Shown: in pieces, positions 48,731 through 59,674 of the stretch | How positions within the stretch are numbered: the stretch's first letter is position 1 | Layout: each line of letters begins with the position of its first letter | Origin: Podarcis gaigeae | Lineage: Eukaryota | Strand: one strand, 5' to 3' | Length of the DNA stretch: 64,000 nucleotides | Assembly: GCA_964106915.2 (NCBI GenBank) | Contig: OZ066919.1 | Notes under the pieces: model-generated | Told to the model about the DNA's origin: nothing | Database searches by the model: none | What the model saw: the letters and a program-made list of their open reading frames with translations, nothing else | Made by a program: the position numbers and the translations under genes

Positions 48731-49195
48731 GCTAGCTGTGTCTGGGTCATAGCTCTGTCCTCCAGCATCTTACCACCACCCCATGTCCCCCAGCATCTGC
48801 CACCCGAGGCAACTACCTCACGCTACCTAATGATAGAACCAGTCCTGATTACACATCCAAGTCCATTGGATGGCATTATATCCTTGGCTCCATCGTTTGA
48901 ATTATGGGCCTGATTCTTAGGCTGCACACACCCCATGTATTTCCCTCAAAATGCACAGTGTTTCCCAAAAAGTCATAGGAAATATAATTAACCCCTCATG
49001 GTTCCCAGGATTATTTGGGGGAAATGTGCTTTAAATGAACGGTATCTTTCCAGCCTTAATCTTTCCTGCATCTAGGTAAAATATCATTATCTGAGTTTGC
49101 TTGGCTTTCTTTTGTGTGCAGCACCATATTTCCTAGCACTGCATCTACCATGAAGGAGAATGCCCCAAAGGATTCCAAATTAAAAGTCATGCATG

Positions 49196-49429
49196 CAGTG
49201 GTGTAGCGTGGGGGGTGCAGGGGGGGCCGGCCGCACCGGGCGCAAAATATGGGGTTATGGTTAGGGGGCGCAAATCCACGGGTTAGGGGGCGCAAATCCA
49301 CGGGTTAGGGGGCGCAAATCCACGAGTTAGGGGGCGCAAATCCATGGGTTAGGGGGCGCAAATCCATGGGTTAGGGGGTGCAAATTACTTGCCTTGCCCC
49401 GGGTGCTGACAACCCACGCTACGCCACTG
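49196..49429. mobile_element. hAT MITE carrying a 22-bp minisatellite
   Basis: 17-bp TIR CAGTGGTGTAGCGTGGG / CCCACGCTACGCCACTG (1 mismatch); exact 8-bp TSD catgcatg. Confidence 0.9.
49259..49386 (+). repeat. 22-bp tandem repeat (GGTTAGGGGGCGCAAATCCAYG) x about 5.8
   Basis: Units start at 49259, 49281, 49303, 49325, 49347, 49369. Confidence 0.95.
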
Positions 49430-49491
49430 CATGCATGCACCAGCCCACCCCCAGCTGGGGGTTTGCAACACTAAAGGGGCAGGATGGCTTT

Positions 49492-50056
49492 CTGTTTTTG
49501 GTGGTCTTGTGGTAAGGTTAAAGCTTACTGGGAAATGATATACAATGAAATGAAAAGGATGTTTAAAATAATGTTTGCAAAACAAACCAGAAACCTTTCT
49601 CTTGGGAATTATAAGGATAGGACTACCTAAATTGTATAGAAACTTATTCATGTATGCGACTACAGCGGCAAGAATGCTACTTGCCCAAAAATGGAAAGAA
49701 GAAGTCCCAGTAAAGGAAGAACGGATTCAAAAACTTATGGAATATGCAGAAATGGCGAAACTTACTGGAAGAATAAGAAATCAAGATAACAAACTTTTTA
49801 TATGGTTTATTGAATATTTACAGATAAATTGTAAACAGGTAAAAACACTGGCAGGATTATTGTAATAACCTGCAGTTACATAAGAGCATATATTTAAAGA
49901 AGATAAATAAATGAGTAAGCTAAGTTAATTTGGATATTAAAAATAAATTGAAGGAACTGCAGAAAGAGGGAGAAGGAAGTCAAGTTTTAAAATGTCAAAA
50001 TGATTGTAAAATCAGTGAAATATATATATCTGAAAAGTATAAATAAAAATTGTAAA
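49492..50056 (+). mobile_element. Older, 5'-truncated L1 3' fragment
   Basis: Translates KPETFLLG...FMYATTAARMLLAQKWK...LMEYAEMAKLTGRIRNQ, homologous to 36940-37222 with indels. AATAAA near 50042. Degenerate TSD core gatggcttt (49483-49491 and 50069-50077). Confidence 0.85.
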
Positions 50057-50860
50057 AGGGGGGGGAGAGATGGCTTTGTCTTTAACACACTGAGAAGGGA
50101 GCATGTGGTTGAAACTTCAAAGAAACCTGCTCTTCAGCATTTCCCTCTTGTCATTTTCACTGTGATTCTGGGGGGACATTGGTGGTCCTGGGATGATCAC
50201 AGTTTAACCATTACTGCTTTAATTTATACAGTGTGCATGATGATGTGTTTGGCCTATGCGTCTCTCCTCCCTGACACATTAATGAGACCGGATTTGTGGT
50301 AAATTGAACTTTGGTGTCCTCGGCAGCTGAAACGAATGAGAAGCGCTGAAGCCACAACTTGAATTAATTCTCTCTCCTCCCTCCCTCCTCCCCCTTGTAG
50401 GTTTCAGGCAGGCAGGTGTTGAAACTGGGCTGTAGGCTACAGACTGATTTCCCCAGATACAAGAGCTTGTCGTTTTGCTTACACTGTTGCCTGACAGGTC
50501 TTTAACAGAGCCCGGCGCAATGTCTCCTCCTCCCCCACATCAGAAAACAAAAAGAGCTCAGGAAACACCTGGAGGCCAAGTGCTGCCACACTGGAGAAGG
50601 GCTCTTCAGCTTGCTTCGCTCTCCGCCAGCTGCTTAAAAATAAAGGCTGAATCATTCATCGGTGCCCCACCCAGGGGCCCTGAAATGTTTACCTCCCTGA
50701 CATGAGCACAAGCTCAAACGTGTTTCCCAGCTCCAGAATGCTCCCTTTCTGCAGAGTTTTAGCACCATGCGCTTTTTTAAATATTGAATTTTATTCTTTT
50801 CATTCTTTGGGAGATGCCCAGAGGACATGAAACATTGGGTGGCCATTTTTTCTATGTAAC

Positions 50861-51082
50861 CTCGAGTTACATACGCTTCAGGTTACATACGCTTCAGGTT
50901 ACAGACTCAGCTAACCCAGAAATAGTACCTCAGGTTAAGAACTTTGCTTCAGGATGAGAACAGAAATCGTGCAGCGGCAGCGGGAGGCCCCATTAGCTAA
51001 AGTGGTGCTTCAGGTTAAGAACAGTTTCAGGTTAAGAACGGACCTCCGGAACGAATTAAGTACTTAACCTGCGGTACCAATG
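50861..51082 (-). mobile_element. Tigger/mariner-like MITE (family A), one terminus rearranged
   Basis: Reverse complement of 26253-26494; right end GGTACCAATG-TA; left TIR missing. Confidence 0.8.
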
Positions 51083-53172
51083 TATTGCAAATCGATTAAT
51101 AAATAGGGCCATCATCATCGTGCAGACTTCAAACAGTAGCACACGGCTGACTAAGTGTTCTAAAAAGCACCAACACTGAGATTTTACTCGAATCTTATTT
51201 TTATTTTTTTCTACTCAGGACTCTCCCCCCCTCCCCCAGCTGGAACTTGAAGGAATTCAGTTCCGGCCCCTCTCAGGTGGGTGCCCTTGCCATTCTAAGA
51301 GAACGAGGGAGATGTTCGTGGTAGGTTCCGGCACCTCTTTTCCTAGAAAAATAACACTGTTTTTATTTATTAAGTTTCTATACCACCTTCAATTAAAAGA
51401 GAAGAGATATTTAAAATACGCTAAAACAACCAGTGGAAATGGATTTGAAGGAAAGGCTACCTCCTTTTACCTGGAGCATTCTTGTACATCTAAGATAATT
51501 ATATAGGCTGTTTTCTGTGTCTGGTTAGAGAGGAGGCAGCTGGGAACAAGGAACTTGGTGCCACTGTAAAACATGCAAAATAAAGGCTTGGCAGCTGCGA
51601 TAAGTTCCGCACCACATAACTCCCAGCCCTTTCTTGAGTCATCTGGGGTTTTTTTGGTGCCTGTGCATTGTGCATCTGTCTCCATTTATGAGGAAACAGG
51701 GAGCTTCCCAACACACAAACAAAAACTGTAGAATTTTGTGAAAGATGGGCAAGCAAGTCAGGAAGAACCACCCTCGTTCTCAGCTCTTGCTATTTTCTTT
51801 TGCTCCTACCCAGTGCTATTTTTCTAGAAAAAGAGGTGCCAGAACTCGCCATGAACGCCTCCCTTGTTATCTTATAATGGCAAGGGCAACCTCCTGCACG
51901 GTCCCACAACTGAGTTGGAAAAAAGCCCTGCTTCTATCTTATATAATCTAAAACTCTGTAGAGGGTTGTTGACTTCACACTAGGGGTGCAGGAGAAATCC
52001 CAGTCAGTTCAAAGGCAAACTTTCAAGGTGATCTTAACTAATTCAGTTTCCAAAACAATATGCAAACCAAAATCTAACCATCCTTAAAAATTCACGCTTC
52101 TCCAAATTTTGCAGTGTAGCAATTAGTGTGTACAAAAACATATACTAAAGTGTGCATGTATTACCGAAAGTAACAGGCAAAAATGCAGTATATTAAGTAA
52201 AATTCCTTGCAAAAATGTGCATATTAGGGGGAAATGCATTTAAAAACATGTATAGCAGGAGAAATATGCACAAAAATGCTGAAGAATTTTCAAGAGAACA
52301 TTTGAAAAAAGACATTTACAAACATGTGAAAATGTGGAGAAGTGAACTTAAAACTGGGAAAACAAGAAACTGGGATAAACCAAAATTGACATATTCACCC
52401 ACACTTATTTCACACAGAGAGACATCTTATCCTTATCTACATGTCTGGAGCTGCACAGATAGAAAGGGGTAGTCCCTCGTGAACTGCATCTTATATCTAT
52501 ATTACTATTCATACACCCAGGAAACTGTTTTGTGTCTCCAATAAAATGTATTTAGGCATGAATTCCCACATTACAATGGTGTTTGGGCTTTTTCTTTCAC
52601 ACATTGAAAGAACATGTAAGGAGCTTGCAGAGTTGTACAGAATAGCCCAGGTTCTTGCTGGTGAGGTAAGTGTCCCCAATGGCCACATGCAAGTCTTGCA
52701 CACATAGAACTCCTAGATATGAATTGTCTAAACAGGGTCGCCTCACACATACATCCCACACACAGAAGAGCTGTACATGCATGTCTTTCAGAGAGCTGAG
52801 AACAAACACATGGATAGTAGAGTGTGTGACCAACAGACAAGTCAAGGACAGCAGGTGTATACAACTTGACCATGCATTGGGTGAACATGTGATATCTTGT
52901 GTGTATTCTCTGTTAACCAAAATACAAGAGTGGCTTCCCCTCACCCACTCCATTGTATGCCTATGTATATTTTATTGCATTGCATTGCATTTGCATTCTT
53001 GGCTCTGTGCCATCTTGAGCAACGATTGGTAGAAGCGTAGGAAGCAAGTTTAACAAACAAACAAATATGTATGATGCAACCCTTGAAACACTACTTGTAT
53101 CTGGCCTAAAATACTCCACATGACATGGCAGCCACCACATGACACACATTTCACATAGCAATTTCGTTTGTA

Positions 53173-53535
53173 AAGGTAAAGGTAAAGGTACCCCTGCCCG
53201 TACGGGCCAGTCTTGACAGACTCTGGGGTTGTGCGCCCATCTCACTTAAGAGGCCAGGGGCCAGCGCCGTTCGGAGACACTTCCGGGTCACGTGGCCAGC
53301 GTGACATCGCTGCTCTGGCGAGCCAGAGCCGCACACGGAAACGCCGTTTACCTTCCCGCTGGTAAGCGGTCCCTATTTATCTACTTGCACCCGGAGGTGC
53401 TTTCGAACTGCTAGGTTGGCAGGCGCTGGGACCGAGCAGCGGGAGCGCACCCCGCCGCAGGGATTCGAACCGCCGACCTTTCAATCGGCAAGTCCTAGGC
53501 GCTGAGGCTTTAACCCACAGCGCCACCTGCGTCCC
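53173..53535 (-). mobile_element. Sauria SINE (Squam1), full length
   Basis: Same structure; TSD caatttcRtttgta (53159-53172 and 53536-53549). Confidence 0.9.
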
Positions 53536-53638
53536 CAATTTCATTTGTACTATGATGCTTTCCTTCTAAGGCCATTCAAAATGAATCCTGACAGGGAATC
53601 CTAAAGGGAGTGAAAGGCGGGATATCAAATCCAAACTC

Positions 53639-53691
53639 CTTCTTCTTCTTCTTCTTCTTCTTCTTCTTCTTCTTCTTCTTCTTCTTCTTCT
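53639..53691. repeat. (TTC)n microsatellite, probably the tail of a 5'-truncated SINE remnant (about 53597-53691)
   Basis: Direct reading. Preceded by gaaaggcgggatatcaaat, similar to the SINE 3' end gaaagggagggtataaat near 28284. Confidence 0.8.
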
Positions 53692-53990
53692 AATCACAGA
53701 ATTTAAAAAAAAACCTGATTAGCAAAAGAGATATATTTAAAAAGAAAAGAAGAAGAAAAGAATTGAGAGTTTAAATAACCCTTAATATCCATTTTCATAT
53801 TTCAATACGCATTATAACTTTTTTATTTTAGTTTTGTACAGATCTCTTTACAGGACAGGACCTGAGTTTTTTCAAGGCTCAAGCACTTAACAAAACTTCC
53901 CTCGTGGTAAATGCTGGTGGCATGTTTTCTTCTTGTTTGTTGGCATTGTTAATAATTTTTATTTCCCATTTTCAAAGAGATAAATAATAA

Positions 53991-54262
53991 TTGTTTATTT
54001 ATTGCATGCACATCCTGTCCTTCCTCCAAGGAATTCAGAGCAACATGAGTGGGTCACCCTGCCTCTTTCTTTTATTTGAATTTAGGAAGCTGCCTTATTC
54101 CAGGTCAGATCATTGGCCCATCTAGGGCAGTACAGTCTGTAATGAGTGATGGCAATGACAGGCCCAAGGTTACTCAAGGAGCTTCATGGCTTAATAGAGA
54201 TTTTAATTCTCGTTTCCTCAGGCCTAGGCTGACATTCTAACCACTACACCATATTGGCTCTC
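53991..54262 (-). mobile_element. Degenerate Squam3-like SINE
   Basis: Reverse-complement similarity to the 28088 copy at head (ctaaccactacaccatattggctctc) and tail (tttatttattgca...ccttcctccaagga). Confidence 0.55.
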
Positions 54263-55055
54263 ATTTAAAAGCCCACTGGCTGGGAAGCAGTGTTGGTTGT
54301 GGCATATGCTTGCTACTAGCAACCTACAAATACCTTTTGGTACTGGGGACACAGACCCATTTAGCACTGTAATTATTTTATTACCTGTGTTAACTACCAT
54401 AGTGCTTGGTCATATAAACATGCCTGAAAGGAGTCTGCGACACAGGCAGGGATACCAATGGTGTGATAACTACTGTTGCAGGTCACACAGGAAGTCTGCT
54501 GGACCAGGAAACTGATGTTGCATATTGACCATAAAAGAGCTAGCTAGCATCTTCCGCTAGCTCCTTCACTGAAAAAAAGGATGGGAAAGGAAGACTTTGG
54601 CTTCCAACACGTGGAAGAAGTAAGCTGCACACAGTATAGAGGCCTTGTGGAGGAAGAGACTGGCTATCAAGATGACCAGGAAAATCCTGAGTAGTAAGTA
54701 AAGATTGAGGGCTGGCGCTTAACATAATTGCTAAGCCTGTTTGCCAGGCTCCATGGAAGTAGGTTACCTCGCTGCTGGGAGGAGCTCTGGGAGACAACTC
54801 CCATTGGTTCCAGGTTAAGCCATTGATTCAGGTTTGCGGGTGGGGAGATAAATTCAGGATGCAATCCACACCTCATTAAAGTCAACTGGAAAACTCCCAC
54901 TGAATCAGTGGCTCTGGATTGCACTCATACAGTATGGGCTAACCCAAACAGGTTCTGAGAATCCCAGTGGACTTTACGTACACAGCAATGCAGGGAAAAA
55001 GAAATCAAACTGAGTAGCACTTCTTTGATTTCAATAATAATAATAATACAGTATA

Positions 55056-55305
55056 TAATCATACCTTGGAAGTCGAATGGAATCCGTTCCAGAAGTCCGT
55101 TTGACTTCCAAAACATTCAAAAACCAAAGCATGGCTTCTGATTGGCTGCAGGAAATTCCTGCAGCCAATCGGAAGCCATGGAAGCCCCATTGGACATTCA
55201 GTTTCCAAAGAACATTCGCAAACCGGAACAGACACTTCCAGGTTTGCGACGTTCAGGAGCCAAAACGTTCAGGAACTAAGCTGTTCAACTTCCAAGGTAC
55301 GACTG
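55056..55305. mobile_element. Tigger/mariner-like MITE
   Basis: Degenerate left TIR TAATCATACCTTGGAAGT and right TIR ACTTCCAAGGTACGACTG-TA; internal palindrome gattggctgcaggaaattcctgcagccaatc. Confidence 0.75.
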
Positions 55306-56144
55306 TAATAATAGTACCTCGCTCATCTGGCTGGGTTTCCCCAGCCAATCTGGGCAGCTTACATCACATATAAAAACATAGTAAAACGTCAAACCTTACA
55401 AATTTCCCAATACAGGGCTACCTTCATATGTGTTCTAAAGGTTGCATAGTTCTTTATCTCCTTGACTTCTGATGAGAGGGCGTTCCACAGGGAGTGCACC
55501 ACTGCTGAGAAGGCCCTCTGCAACTGACATCCCCAGAGCACTGCAATTGGTTTAGCATTGGGGTGGACTTAGAAGAGCAATAGCAAAACAACAACCAATT
55601 ATCCTTCAAATGCTCACAAATGCAGAGTTTCAAAGTTCCATCCAAAGATAAAGACTCTTATGCCAGCTGAAACACAACCACTGGCGAATTAGATGTTGTT
55701 ATTTATTAAAGAGTCATGGTATCATGGTGATTGTTGTGCAGACACAATTAACCATGCACCAACAGCAATAATAATACACCTGCAATCTTTTTTGTCATCT
55801 TGATTGCCAGTGACTCAATGTAAATGATGGTGAATCATCTCATCACCTGAGAAACTTCTCCCAAACATAGCTTTTATATCAGGCACTTGGGTCAAATGGA
55901 GGGTGTGCATCTCCTTCTAAATAGAGTTCTGGAATCTACATGATTGCTTGGTAATCAGCCACTATTTTAAAAGCTCTCTTACAAGCTCGGGATCTTTCAA
56001 ATACCTGTATATGTAGTAGTGGAGAGCGTTAAAAAGAGCTTTTATTCCCCCCCCCCCTTGAAGAGCTAAATTGCTGCAAATGTGCATGATGCTAACAGTA
56101 CAGTGCCAACATGGTTTGTGTGAGAGTGATTAGCTCAAGTTTAT

Positions 56145-56498
56145 GGGACGCGGGTGGCACTGTGGGTTAAACCACAGATCCTAGGACTTGCCAATCAGAA
56201 CGTCGGCGGTTCAAATCCCCGCGATGAGGTGAGCTCCCGTTGCTCGGTCCCTGCTCCTGCCAACCTAGCAGTTTGAAAGCACATTGAAGTGTAAGTAGAT
56301 AAATAGGTACCACTCCGGGGGAAGGTAAACGCCATTTCCGTGCGCTGCTCTGGTTCGGCAGAAGCGGCTTAGTCATGCTGGCCACATGACCTGGAAGCTG
56401 TACGCCAGCTCCCTCGGCCAATAAAGCGAGATGAACACCGCAACCCCAGAGTCGGCCACGACTGGACCTAATAGTCAGGGGTCCCTTTGCCTTTACCC
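56145..56498 (+). mobile_element. Sauria SINE, different subfamily
   Basis: Head GGGACGCGGGTGGCACTGTGGGTTAAACC, box B GGTTCAAATCC, CCTTTGCCTTTACC tail. 3' half diverges from the three minus-strand copies. Confidence 0.88.
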
Positions 56499-57337
56499 TT
56501 ATGGTACAATGGGCCTTCATTTTCTGGGCCAAATACAACCCTAATAATAAAACAGCAACATGGATCAAAACCCCAAAGTTTCACCAAGCAATGTGTTATT
56601 TGTACCACAACAAATCATGGCAAAAATTAACTGAACAAGTCTGAAAGAGATGGCAAAAACACAGGAGGACAACAGGCTCCCCCTAGGCATCATGCCAGAT
56701 TGCTAATGTTAATAGGTATTTTTGTTTACTCGCATGCTTGTACATTATAAAATGAAGGTGAGTTGGCACAAACCTTCCCAGGCAAAGTGGTTCAAGCACA
56801 GTATCTCAGGACTCAGCTTTGTACAAATGCTACTGATTGGATATTGCACTAAATTCACGTTAAATAGATCCTTTGGTGCTATTATTGTGCTATCTGAAAG
56901 GAATCACACAGATTACTGATATAGGATCCAGACAGCAAACCTTCTTCATGGCTGCAAGAAAAGAATTAGCATACAAATGAAAAAATCCAAATCCACCAGT
57001 GGCTGAATACTGGTTATGTTGTAAGGACTATAAGATATCATTGGTGTGATCAAATTGACTTGTACAAGAGGGTAGAATGTATATATCTAATATAGTAATG
57101 GCAGATCTAGATAAATGTTTATTTTCAATACTGTATGGTCATATTTTAATAAAAATATAAATATTGAAGCACGCATACACACATTTAGATTCTTCTGCTC
57201 GTGCCTGCTTTAATCTTGTAATGCATTTGCCATTTTACAATCACACACTGTTATCTATTGTCCCAAGACAGGTGCCACTGTTAATATGACTTTATTTTGG
57301 TTCGATTTTATTATCCAAAGTCCAGAGATTGAGATTA

Positions 57338-57698
57338 GGTAAAGGTAAAGGTACCCCTGCCCGTACGGGCCAGTCTTGACAGACTCTGGGGTTGTGCGCC
57401 CATCTCACTTAAGAGGCCAGGGGCCAGCGCTGTCCGGAGACACTTCCGGGTCACGTGGCCAGCGTGACATCGCTGCTCTGGCGAGCCAGAGCCGCACACG
57501 GAAACGCCGTTTACCTTCCCGCTGGTAAGCGGTCCCTATTTATCTACTTGCACCCAGAGGTGCTTTCGAACTGCTAGGTTGGCAGGCGCTGGGACCGAGC
57601 AGCGGGAGCGCACCCCGCCGCAGGGATTCGAACCGCCGACCTTTCGATTGGCAAGCCCTAGGCGCTGAGGCTTTAACCCACAGCACCACCTGCATCCC
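57338..57698 (-). mobile_element. Sauria SINE (Squam1), full length
   Basis: Near-identical to the 53173 copy; TSD gagattgagatta (57325-57337 and 57701-57713). Confidence 0.9.
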
Positions 57699-59674
57699 AT
57701 GAGATTGAGATTACTTTTGCTTTAAGGGTGCAATTAGATTCTGAGGTAAGACCAACTTGCCTTTGCTCTTCTGGATCAAATTCAGAACACCCTGAAATGT
57801 GCCAGAACTCACTTAGTTGAATAATCTAAAGCACAAGAGAAATATGACCTGAAAGAATAAGATCCTTATTAAAGTGAGACAAAGGCTTTGCTTTCTTTTA
57901 TGCTACTAGAATTGGGCATCCAATATTCTTTCATTTCATACTGTGTTCTTGGAATTGCTATTTCTGGAGAACGATGTCCCAGCCTTTTCTCAGCCAATTA
58001 CTTTGAAATTGCATAACCTTGGCAAGGAAGTCAGAGTCATGAAGGATGGCATTAAACATAGACTCCTGCCTGTCATTTCCTTGACAACTGATTAGGGAAA
58101 TGCAGCTTCTCCCAACTCTTTTGTTTTGTTTAGAAGTCCAATCTGTCCCCTCAAAACACTCCATTGGAGCACTGTGCTTTTAAAAAAAATCTCAGTACAA
58201 GTTAAAATGTAAAGATAATATGTGGAAAAATTTTTTTGGAGTGAACTGTAAAAAAGTGGTATTTTTAAGCAATGAGGTTGGCGTGTTTGTTGCAAGTTAT
58301 GTTGTTTTAACATGTGGAAAAATGGAAATTAATAAAAAAAAATATTAAAAAGGTAGAGATCATAGTAGCTTGGCCAAGGGATGCGGAACCAAACTCCAGG
58401 GACCTCCATAAAACCCTTTATGACTTGGCAAACTGGGGACAGATAGCAATACAGGCAGTCCTTGCAAGGCAGAAGTCAGATCACTTGGAAAGCAACTGTA
58501 TTTTGAGATCCTGTCTAGTGTAACAACTGGCACATTTCATTTATCATCACCACCACCATCATCATCATTATTTATGGGAAGCAATCAGCACCTGTTCTGC
58601 ATTTGGGCACACAACCTTGCAGAGCTGTTTCCTTGCCAGCATCACTTGTCCCCTTGGTACCTGGAAGGGCTCTGCAGTGCCTTTAATTCTGGGAGCCATC
58701 ACAGCATACCCTCAAGCACAGCTGGCTAAATGCAACCCATTCAACTGCTACCCACATCCCTGCTGCCTCTTCCCCTTGCAAAACACAAGGTATTCAGATG
58801 ACACCATTCACAAGCAGCCCTAGAGTTTCTAGGACACTTGGAATGAGGTGTACGATTCAGATGTACTAACTCCTTAAAGTAATCCCGTTATTGCATCTTC
58901 GTACTTACTACAAATAATCCACCTAAACTGCTATCCACTGGCACAGTTAGGCGACACAGAAACGCTTCTTTCAATAGCCACATGTATTACTTCACTTCAA
59001 AATGTGGCCAGTTAGCCCTGCTGTGGGGAGATGAGAGGGGGCTGTCCTGCTCATTGGCCAATCAGAGCCCTGGACTTCCCCTCCCCTCCCCAGGTCTTGC
59101 CTTGAAGGCACACATCATAAATCCCCGTTAGGGCTGCTTCTGTGCATTTCTGGTAGTCCCAAGCACTGTTTGAGATATGGGTACAGTGTCTTGAAAAAAC
59201 AGCTTGACCAGAGGCCCATAGGAGGATGGAGGAAAAAATGGGAGATATAACCAGCAAACTATAGCAGCTCTATAACAGGGGTGGGGAATCTATTGTTGAG
59301 TCTACCACTCGCAACATCTCTGCTGGAGCTGATGGAAATTGGCAGGTCTATCATTACCATCATCATCTGAAGGGCCACAAGATCCCCATCCTTTTTCTAC
59401 ATTACCTACATTACCTTAATCACCAATAAGCTATTTTTCAAACACAAAATTATCAGATTGTAGACATAGTGTTGCAGTCAATCAACTAAGTCCTACTCAC
59501 AGTAGGACCCTAGCCCATTGCAACTAACAAGCCCAAGTTAGTTATGCCTGTTGACTATAATGGGCCTACTCTGAGTAGGAACAGCATTGTTGCAATGCTC
59601 TTTATTTAAGAGCCAGATAGGTTGGACCCCTTATTGCAAAGAATGAGCCAGTGCCTCGGATTATTTCCAGCAAC

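Noticed and set aside
49259-49386. CRISPR-like regular repeat
   Set aside because: Units are contiguous with no unique spacers, there are no cas genes, and the context is a vertebrate hAT MITE.
52600-52900. Second CATG/CWWG-rich tract as a p53 element
   Set aside because: Half-sites are poorer and not paired with zero spacer; compatible with CpG decay or chance.
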